A DNA stretch of 63,668 nt, counting the filler, from an uncultured Methanosarcinales archaeon (lineage in GTDB: Archaea > Nanobdellota > Nanobdellia > Woesearchaeales > CAZKBD01): the NCBI GenBank assembly GCA_964550945.1. It is 3 parts of 3 records of this genome, joined end to end, with 100 filler letters (N's around TTAATTAATTAA, not from the genome) between each part and the next. Parts side by side here need not be neighbours in the genome. Positions count along the whole stretch, not along the records: positions 22,427 to 44,188 come from CAZKBD010000023.1; positions 44,289 to 63,668 come from CAZKBD010000028.1; 1 more part is not named here. The stretch is one strand, 5' to 3'. Made by a program: the position numbers and the translations under genes. Below the pieces are notes generated by a model. That model was not told the origin of the DNA. It made no database searches and worked only from the letters and a program-made list of their open reading frames with translations. Below, piece by piece: positions 39,890 through 50,325 of the stretch; position 1 is the first letter of the stretch, and each line of letters begins with the position of its first letter.

Positions 39890-41139
39890 AGCTTTCTCAA
39901 ACCCAAATCAGCTGCTTGAGTTAATACATCATAAGTCTGGGAAACAGCAGGGCAATATGCTAGCTCTAGATCAGAAAGCTGTTTTAAAGTGAAACCTGCG
40001 GTTATTGCTGCTGAAATGACATCAATCTTCTCTTTAACATTCTTGCCAATTGATTGTCCTCCTAAAATCTTTCCTGTTTTTTTGTCTGCAATTATCTTAA
40101 CAAATATATCTTCTGCGCCGCCAAACCATTCTGGTCTTGTTTTTGATCTGGCTTTTCCTTCAACAATCTCATAGCCATATTTTTTTGCAAAGAANNNNNN
40201 NNNNGAATTAAATCCAGTAGCCCCAATTTCAATATCGCCAATGACAGATATCAATGGCGCTAAAGTTCCTTTAAATTCTTCGTTACCGCCTGCCATGTTT
40301 ACTCCTGCTGTAGTCCCTTGCTTATAAGCTGTTGACGCAATCCATGCTGCAAATTGTTTTTTATTTATTAAGCTCTTGCTTTCAACACAATCACCTGCTG
40401 CGTAAACATCCTTAACATTAGTTTCCATCTTTTCATCAACAACAATCCCAAAATCCCCTGTTTTTATTCCTGTTCCTTTTATTAAATCAATATTCGGCTT
40501 TACACCAGTTGCTAAGATTGTTAAATCATTTTTGTTTATCTTCTCTAATCTCTTATCAAAGACCAGTTTGATGCCTTTCTTTTCCAGATATTCTTCCAAA
40601 ACCTTTGAGATATCCTCATCAATTGCCTTTGGAAAACAATGAGAAAGCATTTCAATAACTTCAACTTTAACGCCTTTTTTGGATAACGCAAATGCTGTCT
40701 CTAGGCCAATAGCGCCAGCACCAACAACTATCGCTTTTTTAGCAGTTTTTATCTTATCTTTTATTTTCTCTATTGATGCTATATCCTTTACAGTGAAAGC
40801 GTATTCCTTGTCCTCAATATCTGGAACAAAAGGGGACGAACCGGTTACAATTAGCAGTTTATCATAATTAATCTTTTTGTTATTAGCTATTACAATCTTA
40901 TTTTTCACATCAATATTTTCAGCTTTCCCTTTAATTTTGTTTATTCCTGCAATACTAACCGAATGCTTCAAATCATCTAGTTTTATCTTTCCTTCTAAAG
41001 CAAACGGCAAGCCGCAGGGATGCAGCAAGTCATAATCCTTTTCGTCAATTATAGTGATATCTGTGTCTCTGTTTGTTTTTTTAGCTGCTAAAGCAGCAGC
41101 AAATCCAGCTGCTCCTAACCCGATGATTACTAGCTTCAT
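39886..41139 (-). CDS. FAD-dependent NADH oxidase / CoA-disulfide reductase family protein
   Basis: GLGAAG, PCGLP, GAGAIGLE, YAAGDC, LAYCP; contains a 10-N gap. Confidence 0.88.
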   Translation of the reverse strand: MKLVIIGLGAAGFAAALAAKKTNRDTDITIIDEKDYDLLHPCGLPFALEGKIKLDDLKHSVSIAGINKIKGKAENIDVKNKIVIANNKKINYDKLLIVTGSSPFVPDIEDKEYAFTVKDIASIEKIKDKIKTAKKAIVVGAGAIGLETAFALSKKGVKVEVIEMLSHCFPKAIDEDISKVLEEYLEKKGIKLVFDKRLEKINKNDLTILATGVKPNIDLIKGTGIKTGDFGIVVDEKMETNVKDVYAAGDCVESKSLINKKQFAAWIASTAYKQGTTAGVNMAGGNEEFKGTLAPLISVIGDIEIGATGFNXXXXFFAKKYGYEIVEGKARSKTRPEWFGGAEDIFVKIIADKKTGKILGGQSIGKNVKEKIDVISAAITAGFTLKQLSDLELAYCPAVSQTYDVLTQAADLGLRKL

Positions 41140-41240
41140 GCTTATTAAGAATAACAGCTATAATTTAAAGGTTTTCTTTATTGATTATAACTCCTGTGCA
41201 ATAGTTAAATATTTAAAATAAGGTATAATCTTCACATTAT

Positions 41241-43790
41241 ATGAAACCTGTAAAGTGCTTAGTTACTGATCTTGATGGTACCTTATGGAATGGGTCGTTG
41301 ATTGAAAATGGGTTAGATGGGGTTGAGCCATATACTGATAGATTTGAAGTTCTAAGGTCTTTGGATTCAAGAGGCATTCTTCTTTCAGCTGCGAGCAGAA
41401 ATGATAGAGAACAGGGCATGGAAGCCCTAAGAAGATTTGGAATCGATGATCTATTTTTAGTGCCGCAAATAAATTTTGGCCCTAAATATGTAAGTTTGCA
41501 GACTATTGCTGAAACATTAAACATGGGGTTAGATTCTTTTGCTTTTTTTGACAATGAACCGGGTGAGCTAGACGAAATAAAAGTAAAACTCCAAGGAAGA
41601 GGTGTAAGAGTTGACCTTGCAGATAATTATCATTTAGTTCTTAAGGACCCTCAATTTCAAGGTGATGGCACTTATGAGTCCAGACATAGAAGGGAGTTTT
41701 ATAACGCGTATCTGGAAGAAAAAGCAGCTCAGGCTAGTCAGTTAGATGAACCTGCCATGGAACCGACATTATTGGAAACAACAATTAGCGTACAATCAGG
41801 TGTAAGTCAGGATATTCCAAGATTTCGCGAGTTATTGAATAGAACTAACCAACTAAACTTCTCTGGAAATGAGTATGGGCAAAGGGAACTGGAAGCCATA
41901 TTAGAATCAAACTCCAAAAGAGTGTACACTATCCGAGTAAGAAGCGGGCGTATCAACTATTCCAGGGCTGGAGTTTGCATAATTGACACTTCTGAACATG
42001 GCAGCTGGCATATTCAGGATCTTGTTTTTTCTTGCAGGATTTTTGGGAAAGGATTGGAAGCAATAACATTATCATACTTTCTGGAGTTAGCAAAACAAGG
42101 AGGCATAAACGATGTTGTTTTGGATTACAGACCTACAGAAAAAAACCAGTTTTTACCCTTAGCATTGGCACGCCTACCATTTACTGAGGAAAGAGTAGAT
42201 AGAGTTATAAAATATCATTTTTCACCTTCAAATGACAGAGCAGCTTGCCCCAATAATATTTCAGTTTCCAGCGAAGTAGACAAATTAAGGGATAACAAAG
42301 TATATCAATCTTTTAAAAACAGCTTACCGCAAGGATTAGCTGAAAAGCTGTCCAGATTTGATGACGAACAATGGCTTCCTGAAAGATGGGAAGAAACTAA
42401 ATGTATAAGAGATTCAATAGCAGCTCAGGTATCACAAACTGAGTTGTGGGATAATATGATAAATGCTTTTGAAGCTTTTTATTTACATTTAGACAATATA
42501 CAACATATTGCAGAACATGGAGGGGGAAAATACTGCAGAGCTTTGCCTTTAGGCAACAGGAATCTGACAGACTATTTAGTAAGAGCTTCCGTTGATGATC
42601 ATATTCAGTTTACATGGTTGTGGAGGTATCTACAATCTAATATAGTTCTTGACCCAATGGTTTTGGATGCAGTTGAGAAAAATTCAGACACCAACCATCT
42701 GGCCTTGTCGTTATTTTCACAAATAATCGCACGTAGAGAGAGTTATGAACCCTTGACTAAGGTTGCTTTGAATGATCCGAGAAACCTTGCAAATGCAATT
42801 CTAATTGGCAAAAGGGCATCAGAAGAGTATGTTACTTCATTAGTAAGGCATCCTGATGCGGGTTTGCTACATGACCCTCGTGTTATTGATGCTATCAGAG
42901 CATCCAACTTTCCAACAGGTCTTGTTTATTTAGCAGAAAATGCTGGTTATGCAGATTTATTATTTGAGTTTGCGCATGGCTTTAACGGAGTTATTGGAAT
43001 ATTTCCATTTGCTATTGATGAAACCACCTTACCATATGCTGTTTATGGTACTACTGGTGGTTGTGGCGGAGGAAGAAGAGTAGAATATTCCTTCAAAAAG
43101 ATGGTTCATGATAGAAGTCAACATACTATCTCGCTTTTCCCAGCAAAAGGGGAATTTGATGGGCTAAGCGGCCAATATTATATCTCAGATTATATGTATG
43201 GCTCTATTGGTTTTATTAACTTTGTTGAAACTGCTGACGGGCTTGTCATTGTAAGGAATAAAACAAATTACAGGAGGCCCACTGATTTTGACCAGGAAGC
43301 AAGATCAGAATTAATAATCCAACGGGATATTAGAGGACTTGAGTTTTCTGAGCAGTATGATGCAAAATTCTCTCATTCACCTGAGCTGCTTTGGTATGCA
43401 GCACATGAATATGCAAGGAGAACTGGAAAATCTTGGGTGGGTTTGTTTCCCTCATCATATTGGGTAGAACAGAGCAAATCAACACTCGAAGAAAGGGGTA
43501 AATCTGCTGTTGATGCTGTTAGGATAAAAGTTACAGATGACAAAGGTAAAGTTAACCCATTCAGAGCAGAAGACAGGGATTATATATATAAACATACTGA
43601 GGCCCATGTACTTTGCCAGGAAACTGCTGACAGTCATTATGATAGTTTAGCAAGCCAATCGCCTGCAGCAACTCAAGTTCCTTATGTCCATAATGATTGT
43701 CAATTGCAAATATGGAAAGTTCCAGTGTTGGAAAGTACTCCTTTAACCCGGAGTTTAGAACAAAGAACTGTTGATGAGATACTATTCTAA
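41241..43790 (+). CDS. FkbH-like HAD-IIIC protein with GNAT-like domain and about 500-aa unknown C-terminus
   Basis: DLDGTLW, ASRN, FFDNEP.E, RTNQLN, FSCRIFG. Confidence 0.8.
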   Translation: MKPVKCLVTDLDGTLWNGSLIENGLDGVEPYTDRFEVLRSLDSRGILLSAASRNDREQGMEALRRFGIDDLFLVPQINFGPKYVSLQTIAETLNMGLDSFAFFDNEPGELDEIKVKLQGRGVRVDLADNYHLVLKDPQFQGDGTYESRHRREFYNAYLEEKAAQASQLDEPAMEPTLLETTISVQSGVSQDIPRFRELLNRTNQLNFSGNEYGQRELEAILESNSKRVYTIRVRSGRINYSRAGVCIIDTSEHGSWHIQDLVFSCRIFGKGLEAITLSYFLELAKQGGINDVVLDYRPTEKNQFLPLALARLPFTEERVDRVIKYHFSPSNDRAACPNNISVSSEVDKLRDNKVYQSFKNSLPQGLAEKLSRFDDEQWLPERWEETKCIRDSIAAQVSQTELWDNMINAFEAFYLHLDNIQHIAEHGGGKYCRALPLGNRNLTDYLVRASVDDHIQFTWLWRYLQSNIVLDPMVLDAVEKNSDTNHLALSLFSQIIARRESYEPLTKVALNDPRNLANAILIGKRASEEYVTSLVRHPDAGLLHDPRVIDAIRASNFPTGLVYLAENAGYADLLFEFAHGFNGVIGIFPFAIDETTLPYAVYGTTGGCGGGRRVEYSFKKMVHDRSQHTISLFPAKGEFDGLSGQYYISDYMYGSIGFINFVETADGLVIVRNKTNYRRPTDFDQEARSELIIQRDIRGLEFSEQYDAKFSHSPELLWYAAHEYARRTGKSWVGLFPSSYWVEQSKSTLEERGKSAVDAVRIKVTDDKGKVNPFRAEDRDYIYKHTEAHVLCQETADSHYDSLASQSPAATQVPYVHNDCQLQIWKVPVLESTPLTRSLEQRTVDEILF

Positions 43791-43863
43791 TGCTTATTTT
43801 AAAAACTAGCTCTAATAAATAATAACAAAAATAAAAAGAATAATGGATCCAGTTAGTATAGAA

Positions 43864-44049
43864 TTAAAACTTTCTTTTACTTCTATAGCATTCCCGGCAG
43901 TAAACTGGCTTGCCTTCTGTTGGCTTGAATGGAACTTCACATTCTTGTCCACATTCTGAGCAAGTAGCTTTATGCATCTCTCTTGGCCCACCAAAATCTC
44001 GTCTTGGCCCAAAATCTCTTCGGAAACCTCCGCCTTTAGAGTCTCTCAT
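43864..44049 (-). CDS. CxxC-x17-CxxC domain protein
   Basis: MHKATCSECGQECEVPFKP..PVYCRECY. Confidence 0.9.
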   Translation of the reverse strand: MRDSKGGGFRRDFGPRRDFGGPREMHKATCSECGQECEVPFKPTEGKPVYCRECYRSKRKF

Positions 44050-44188
44050 GTGCTTTCTCCTCCTTCTGATTAAAATTTAATATAATGACCAATAATGCCC
44101 TTTACTTTATAAAGCTTTTGTATAGAAATGTCAGATGAATAATTCGGTAATTAGTTGACACTTCTGCAGTATATAGGTGCTTTTTAAA

Positions 44189-44288
44189 NNNNNNNNNNNN
44201 NNNNNNNNNNNNNNNNNNNNNNNNNNNNNNNNTTAATTAATTAANNNNNNNNNNNNNNNNNNNNNNNNNNNNNNNNNNNNNNNNNNNN
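44189..44288. other. Artificial contig linker
   Basis: N44-TTAATTAATTAA-N44. Confidence 0.97.
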
Positions 44289-44384
44289 AGCGGTAAAATA
44301 ATCTATGGGCCTAGAGGAGTGCAATGGATATATTCAAAACCAGAGCATTTGAAAAATATGCTTGAAGGTTCATTAGAGGTTTGA
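44289..44384 (+). CDS. 3' end of a small gene (probable antitoxin partner), 5' truncated
   Basis: Open frame SGKIIYGPRGVQW..GSLEV*; stop overlaps the TTG of the next gene. Confidence 0.45.
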   Translation, partial: SGKIIYGPRGVQWIYSKPEHLKNMLEGSLEV

Positions 44385-44734
44385 AATTGTTTGCAGGAAA
44401 AGAAGTAAGGATATTATTGAAGTGGCAGGCAAAAGACGCTTATCTTGAATTAAAGAAAAGGATGGACAAAGAAGCGATTTCTATTTTGAACTCTTTTGAA
44501 CGAGTAAAGAATGTTCTAAAAGATAATCCTCAGTATGGCAACCCCATAGCCAAAGATCTGATTCCTGAAGAGCTCAAGAGAGCAGGTGTTCAAAATCTCT
44601 ATAGAGTCGAACTGTCTAACTATTGGAGAATGCTTTACACTATTGAAGGGGATACTGTGGAAATATTTCTCTTTGTTTTGAATATAGTAGACCACAATGC
44701 ATATAACAAGTTATTTGGATACAAGAAAACATAG
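44381..44734 (+). CDS. RelE/ParE-like toxin
   Basis: NPQYG, NLYRVEL..WRMLYTI, DH..Y..LFGY. Confidence 0.65.
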   Translation: MKLFAGKEVRILLKWQAKDAYLELKKRMDKEAISILNSFERVKNVLKDNPQYGNPIAKDLIPEELKRAGVQNLYRVELSNYWRMLYTIEGDTVEIFLFVLNIVDHNAYNKLFGYKKT

Positions 44735-44783
44735 AACAGTTGAGAAATTCTAAGAAACATTTAAAAGGAGTTATAGAATAATA

Positions 44784-46292
44784 ATGGTTATGGCTTATGA
44801 TATAATATTTGTAACAGGAGAACTATTCTTTGATCATCCTTTATCTGGGATAGCTATACTGAAAAGGCTTCTCGAGAAGAATGGCTATAAAATAGGCATT
44901 ATTGAAATGCCTCAGAAAGAAGATGATATCAAGAAATTAGGAAAGCCAAATCTATTCTTTGGGGTAAGCTCTGGAAGCATTGATTCAATGGTAAGGAATT
45001 ATACACCTTTAAAGAAGTTAAGGAAGGATGATAAAAATCTAGATTATAATGAATCTGTGCCAGACAGGGCAGTAATTGTCTACAGCAACTGGATAAAGAG
45101 GCAGTTTAAGGATTCAATAATTGTTATTGGAGGGACTGAAGCGAGCTTAAGAAGACTTACACATTATGATTACTGGGATAATAAATTAAGAAAGCCTGTT
45201 CTTTTTGACTCAAGAGCAGATATTTTAGCGTATGGCAGCGCAGAAAAACAGTTGCTGGAAATCGCTGAAAAGATAAAAAACAAAAAACATCTAGAGGATA
45301 TTCCTGGAACATGCGTCATAAGCAAAGAGAAGCCTGCTAACTTCATAGAATTGCCGAGCTATGATGAAGTGTTTAATTCAAAAGAGAGATTTTGCGATAT
45401 GCAGAATATGATAACTAACAACAAAAACCTTGCGCAGAAGATTGACAATAGATATGTTCTGCAGTTCAAGAGCCCAAAATACACTTCTAAAGATTTGGAT
45501 GAATATTATGAGCTTCCTTTCACAAGAAAAGTACATTCAGAGCATCTAAGGGGATTTGAATTCAGCGTTGTAACACATAGGGGATGTGTTGGAGAATGCA
45601 ATTTTTGCTCATTGGCGCTTGTCCAAGGCAATAAGATAATCTCAAGATCAGAAGAGTCTATCTTAAGAGAGCTGGAAAAAATCACTAAAATGCCTCACTT
45701 TAAGGGCAATATCGATGATTTTGGCGGCCCAAGTGCAAACATGTATGGCATGGATTGTGACAGGTGCTCAAGTTTCTGTTTAGGCTGCAACAAGCTTGAC
45801 AGAAGCAACAAAAGACTGATTAATCTTTTAAGAAAAGCAAGGAGCATAAAGGGAATAAAGAATATCTTTGTAAGAAGCGGGATAAGGTACGATTTAGCAT
45901 CTCCTGAATATATCCAAGAGTTGGTTGACCATCACATTTCAGGCGAGCTGAAGATTGCGCCAGAGCATGTAAATAAACATGTCTTAAAGCTGATGAATAA
46001 AGATTATGGTGATCTAACCAAGTTTATCAAAGAGTTCAAACAAACAAAAAAGAAGCTGGCTTTTTATTTCATGACAGCGCATCCTGGATCAGGCATTAAA
46101 GAAGCTAAAGAGCTTGCAAATGCAGTAAAAAGATTAAAGAATGCAGAAGCAGTACAGATATTTACACCCACGCCAATGACTACATCAACATGCATGTATT
46201 ACACAAGCTTAGACCCAAAGACGAAGAAAAAGGTGTATGTGCCGTATACCTATGCTGAAAAAAAAGAGCAGAAAAGGGTAATATTCGGATAA
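44784..46292 (+). CDS. ygiQ: YgiQ/UPF0313 radical SAM protein
   Basis: DHP, GSIDSMV.NYT, HYDYW, HRGCVGECNFC, GGPSANMY, IAPEH. Confidence 0.9.
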   Translation: MVMAYDIIFVTGELFFDHPLSGIAILKRLLEKNGYKIGIIEMPQKEDDIKKLGKPNLFFGVSSGSIDSMVRNYTPLKKLRKDDKNLDYNESVPDRAVIVYSNWIKRQFKDSIIVIGGTEASLRRLTHYDYWDNKLRKPVLFDSRADILAYGSAEKQLLEIAEKIKNKKHLEDIPGTCVISKEKPANFIELPSYDEVFNSKERFCDMQNMITNNKNLAQKIDNRYVLQFKSPKYTSKDLDEYYELPFTRKVHSEHLRGFEFSVVTHRGCVGECNFCSLALVQGNKIISRSEESILRELEKITKMPHFKGNIDDFGGPSANMYGMDCDRCSSFCLGCNKLDRSNKRLINLLRKARSIKGIKNIFVRSGIRYDLASPEYIQELVDHHISGELKIAPEHVNKHVLKLMNKDYGDLTKFIKEFKQTKKKLAFYFMTAHPGSGIKEAKELANAVKRLKNAEAVQIFTPTPMTTSTCMYYTSLDPKTKKKVYVPYTYAEKKEQKRVIFG

Positions 46293-46332
46293 ATGTTAAG
46301 TGAAATTATTAACAGATTAGTTTGTTTATTCA

Positions 46333-46466
46333 AGAAAAATCCAGCCATCCATGGCGGTTGACGGATTTTGCCTTAAAACACGGCAAAATCCTACTCGTCA
46401 AAACAGAACCGTATACTGCGTATACGAACCTGTTTTGCCTCATCAACGCCATGGCTGGATTTTTCT
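46333..46466. repeat. 134-bp cruciform element with 16-bp perfect terminal inverted repeats
   Basis: AGAAAAATCCAGCCAT..ATGGCTGGATTTTTCT; internal stems GGATTTTGCC/GGCAAAATCC, CAAAACAG/CTGTTTTG, CGTATAC/GTATACG. Confidence 0.8.
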
Positions 46467-46540
46467 GTATATAGTAAACTAAATTATTTAATTTACACTA
46501 AAGAAAAGCTTTTAAACATCCTTATCTTGGATTCTGCAAT

Positions 46541-47455
46541 ATGAAAGATTATATGCAACAGATAAGAAGATATGATGTATTTTTTATAGTGTGCATACTG
46601 GTTTTTACTGCAATTGTGTTAAGATACAACAGTTATATGAATGATATTATTGATGATTACAACTCCAAAATCAGCAACGCAACTGAAGATTACAACAAAA
46701 AGATAGACACAATGAGCCAGAATATCCAGCTTGTGAAAACAGACCTTAATGCGCAGGTAGACCTGCTGGAGAATCTTCTCCAGACTGCACAAAAGGAAAA
46801 TCAGGAGAAGATAACCGGGTTATCTGTCTCAATAGACAAAGTTGAGAAAGACAGCAACCTAAAGCTTGATGAGCTAAAGCAGGAAGTAAACAACATAAAC
46901 ATACAGAGCGCTGATTTTTCTGCTATTGTTGATGATGTTCTTGTTTCTGTGGTGAGTGTAGCTACAAATAACGGACAGGGCTCTGGAGCAATAATAAGCG
47001 CAGATGGATATATTGTCACAAATAACCATGTTGTAGAAGGCGCAGCCCAGATAAAGGTCTTGGCTTATAAGGGAGATATCTATGATGCTAACTTAATTGG
47101 GTCAAATAAGGACAGCGATATTGCGGTATTAAAAATTGATGGAAATTTCAAAGCATTGGACTTTGGCGATTCTAATGATATCAGAGTTGGCGAGAAGGTT
47201 ATTGCTTTAGGCAATCCTGGCGGTTTGGACTTTACTGTTACAGAAGGAATTGTTAGCGCAATAAGGCAAGCAAATGGCATAACCTACATACAAACAGATG
47301 TTCCTATCAATCCTGGCAACTCAGGAGGGCCATTGGTTAATAAAAAAGGAGAGATTATCGGCATAAATAACTTTAAGATAAGGGATTTTGAAGGCCTTGG
47401 ATTTGCTATTGCTTCAAACATTGTAAAAGATTCAGTAGACCAGATTATTGGCTGA
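46541..47455 (+). CDS. Membrane-anchored trypsin-like (HtrA-type, PDZ-less) serine protease with coiled-coil stalk
   Basis: [20 protein letters not shown]. Confidence 0.9.
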   Translation: MKDYMQQIRRYDVFFIVCILVFTAIVLRYNSYMNDIIDDYNSKISNATEDYNKKIDTMSQNIQLVKTDLNAQVDLLENLLQTAQKENQEKITGLSVSIDKVEKDSNLKLDELKQEVNNINIQSADFSAIVDDVLVSVVSVATNNGQGSGAIISADGYIVTNNHVVEGAAQIKVLAYKGDIYDANLIGSNKDSDIAVLKIDGNFKALDFGDSNDIRVGEKVIALGNPGGLDFTVTEGIVSAIRQANGITYIQTDVPINPGNSGGPLVNKKGEIIGINNFKIRDFEGLGFAIASNIVKDSVDQIIG

Positions 47456-47876
47456 CAATATGAAAACAGCAACAAATCATTTATGGTTTAACACCAAAGA
47501 TAAGATTGAATTTGTCAACATAACTGACCAAGTACAGGACTGCATAGACGAGAGCGGAATAAAAGAGGGGCTTGTTTTAGTGAATGCCATGCATATTACT
47601 GCTTCTGTGTTTATCAATGATAATGAATCTGGCTTGATCAAGGATTTTAAGAAATGGCTGTTAAAGCTAGCTCCAATGGATGAAAAGCTATACCAGCACA
47701 ACCTGACTGGAGAGGATAATGCTTATGCCCATCTATGGCGCACCATAATGGGAAGGGAAGTGACAATAGCAATCACAAAAGGAAAATTGGATTTTGGGCC
47801 ATGGGAGTCTATTTTTTATGGGGAATTTGACGGGCAGAGAAAGAAAAGGGTAATGGTTAAGATTATTGGGGAATAA
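47448..47876 (+). CDS. yjbQ: YjbQ/UPF0047 family protein
   Basis: [25 protein letters not shown]. Confidence 0.88.
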   Translation: MADNMKTATNHLWFNTKDKIEFVNITDQVQDCIDESGIKEGLVLVNAMHITASVFINDNESGLIKDFKKWLLKLAPMDEKLYQHNLTGEDNAYAHLWRTIMGREVTIAITKGKLDFGPWESIFYGEFDGQRKKRVMVKIIGE

Positions 47877-47963
47877 ACCCACTGATAGTGATAAAATCCG
47901 ACAAATTTAAATATAAGTGCTGTATTGTACCAGTTAATAAACTGTAAACTATGAGGGGCTAAT

Positions 47964-49112
47964 GTGGAGACTTTTATAAGAAATGCTTCTAGCAGAAGTT
48001 CAGACGATTCAATGCAAAACGACCCAAAGGTTTCTCTGAAAGAAGCTAATGCGTCAGGACATAAAACCAATGTAGATGATGAACTAGAGCAATATCTCAG
48101 TAAACAGAGGGCTACAATAAAGGTTGTTGGAGCAGGAGGAGGAGGCAATAACACTATCAACAGGATAACTGAAGTGGGGATTACAGGCGCTGAAACAATT
48201 GCTGTCAATACTGATGCTCAGGATTTATTATACACAACTGCTGATAAGAAGATACTTATCGGCAAGGATATCACTAAAGGATTAGGTGCAGGCTCAGACC
48301 CTAGATTAGGAGAAGAAGCAGCAAGGGAGACTGAGGCAGAGATTAAAAAGCACCTTGAAGGCTCTGATATGGTATTTATCACATGCGGTTTAGGAGGAGG
48401 AACAGGAACAGGCTCTGCTCCGGTTATTGCAGAGGTTTCCAAGAAATTAGGAGCATTAACTGTTGGCATTGTAACAATGCCTTTTGCCATGGAGGGCCAG
48501 AGAAGATATGAGAATGCTATCACAGGCTTAGAAAAGATGGAGCAGATTGTTGATACATTAATAGTCATACCTAATGATAAATTATTGGAAATAGCGCCTG
48601 ATCTGCCTTTACACACTGCTTTTAAGGTTGCTGATGAGATATTGACAAATGCTGTCAAAGGGATAGCTGAATTAGTCACAAAAGCAGGGCTTGTTAATCT
48701 TGATTTTGCTGATATAAGGGCTATTATGAAAGGCGGTGGTGTTGCTCTGATTGGTGTTGGTGAAAGCGACAGCGAGAACAGAGCTGTGGAAGCTGTTGAA
48801 AAGGCAATCACTAATCCATTATTGGATGTTGACATAACAGGAGCTAACGGAGCTTTAATCAATATTGCGGGCGGAGAGGATATGACCTTAGACGAAGCAA
48901 GAAAGGTTGTTGAGACCATAAGCGAAAGGTTGAATGATGATGCAAAGATAATCTGGGGAGCCCAGATATACAAGGATCTGGAGAGAACTATAAGGACAAT
49001 GCTGATTGTGACTGGAGTTAAATCACCTCAAATATTCGGCCCTGGAAGAAAAACAACTGACAGGAAGAAAAAAGAGATTGAAAATGAGCTAGGGATAGAC
49101 TTTATTGATTAA
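47964..49112 (+). CDS. ftsZ: Cell division protein FtsZ
   Basis: [26 protein letters not shown]. Confidence 0.98.
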   Translation: METFIRNASSRSSDDSMQNDPKVSLKEANASGHKTNVDDELEQYLSKQRATIKVVGAGGGGNNTINRITEVGITGAETIAVNTDAQDLLYTTADKKILIGKDITKGLGAGSDPRLGEEAARETEAEIKKHLEGSDMVFITCGLGGGTGTGSAPVIAEVSKKLGALTVGIVTMPFAMEGQRRYENAITGLEKMEQIVDTLIVIPNDKLLEIAPDLPLHTAFKVADEILTNAVKGIAELVTKAGLVNLDFADIRAIMKGGGVALIGVGESDSENRAVEAVEKAITNPLLDVDITGANGALINIAGGEDMTLDEARKVVETISERLNDDAKIIWGAQIYKDLERTIRTMLIVTGVKSPQIFGPGRKTTDRKKKEIENELGIDFID

Positions 49113-49113
49113 A

Positions 49114-49299
49114 ATGAACATAAATTCTATCATATTCAAGATTAAATCTTTTTCGATGGAATGTGTTAGAGTGTTAAGGGTGACAAAAAAACCTACAAAA
49201 TTTGAATTCAAGACAATAGTCAAGGCGTCTGGATTAGGGATATTGATTATTGGCCTTATTGGATTCATAATACAAATGTTGGGGCAATTATTTAACTAA
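49114..49299 (+). CDS. secE: Protein translocase SecE/Sec61-gamma
   Basis: RVLRVTKKP..EF..GLGILIIGLIGFII. Confidence 0.92.
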   Translation: MNINSIIFKIKSFSMECVRVLRVTKKPTKFEFKTIVKASGLGILIIGLIGFIIQMLGQLFN

Positions 49300-49300
49300 A

Positions 49301-49795
49301 ATGGCTGAAGAAAAAAAAGAACAAATTTTTGCATTAAGGACAACTGCAAATAGAGAAGACCAAGTTATGGATTTTGTTACGAGCAATGCCAAAAGAAAAG
49401 GATTAGAGGTTTATGCTGTTGTAAGGCCTCATGGCATGAGAGGCTACATCTTTATTGAATCTGGGAACAAGACAGATGCTGAGCAGGCAGCCTTTAATGT
49501 GCCATATGCACGAGGCATATTGCCTCACACAGTCGATTATCATGAGATTGAGCATATGATTGAGCAGGTAAAAAGAGAAGTGAATATGCAGAAGAATGAT
49601 ATCTGCGAGATCATCTCTGGCCCATTCAAAAGAGAGAAGGCGAAGATAACCAGGATAGACAAAGCAAAGGAAGAGGTTGTTGTAGAGCTATTGGAAGCTG
49701 CTGTTCCTATCCCAATAACTGTAAAGATTGATGCTGTCAAGGTAATCAGAAGGGATACAGAAGAAGAATCAGAAGACGACAAGGAAGGGGAATAG
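49301..49795 (+). CDS. spt5: Transcription elongation factor Spt5 (NusG)
   Basis: NGN domain (RGYIFIE) and KOW (ISGPFK.EKAKI). Confidence 0.94.
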   Translation: MAEEKKEQIFALRTTANREDQVMDFVTSNAKRKGLEVYAVVRPHGMRGYIFIESGNKTDAEQAAFNVPYARGILPHTVDYHEIEHMIEQVKREVNMQKNDICEIISGPFKREKAKITRIDKAKEEVVVELLEAAVPIPITVKIDAVKVIRRDTEEESEDDKEGE

Positions 49796-49950
49796 GTTAC
49801 CTCAGGTTTTATTCTTTGGCTAGGGATTAGCCCAGCCTTTGAGATTCTGCACAATAATCGAAGTGCCAACGCTATTTAGCTTTGATATTATCCTAAACTA
49901 TATCTTTTAGCACGGAAAATGATATAAACAGTGTATCATTAATACGAGAT

Positions 49951-50325
49951 ATGCTACAAGATATGCTAAGTGAATTAGCGAATGTGCCTGGAGTAATTGA
50001 TGGTATCTGCAATGATTGCGGACTATTGCGTGGAAAAGAAAGTGATGAATACTTGAGTATTGCAGGAAGAATAGGAAGAGTTATGGAATTTATTGCCCCT
50101 TATGGTGATATGTACAACCTAACACCAGTACGTGAAGCATTAGGAAGCGCGAGAGCTGTATTATCTTTTGATAGGGGATCATCATTGGCTGATGCACAAG
50201 GGTTATTAGAAAGCATTGATAGTGATGAGCCTGTAACTGATCCAGTGAGCAGAGTGATAGAGAAATTATGCTATGTCCGCGGTTATATAGAGGGATTATT
50301 AGAAGGATCAAAAAAAGATAGTTAG
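49951..50325 (+). CDS. Hypothetical protein
   Basis: 124-aa ORF with TATA (GATATAAA) upstream. Confidence 0.6.
   Translation: MLQDMLSELANVPGVIDGICNDCGLLRGKESDEYLSIAGRIGRVMEFIAPYGDMYNLTPVREALGSARAVLSFDRGSSLADAQGLLESIDSDEPVTDPVSRVIEKLCYVRGYIEGLLEGSKKDS

Noticed and set aside
43979..44015. Short tandem repeat encoding RRDFGP/RRDFGG
   Set aside because: Ordinary low-complexity N-terminus of CxxC-x17-CxxC proteins
49823..49841. GGCT-A-GGG..CCC-AGCC hairpin after spt5
   Set aside because: Too short to distinguish from chance or a simple 3' stem
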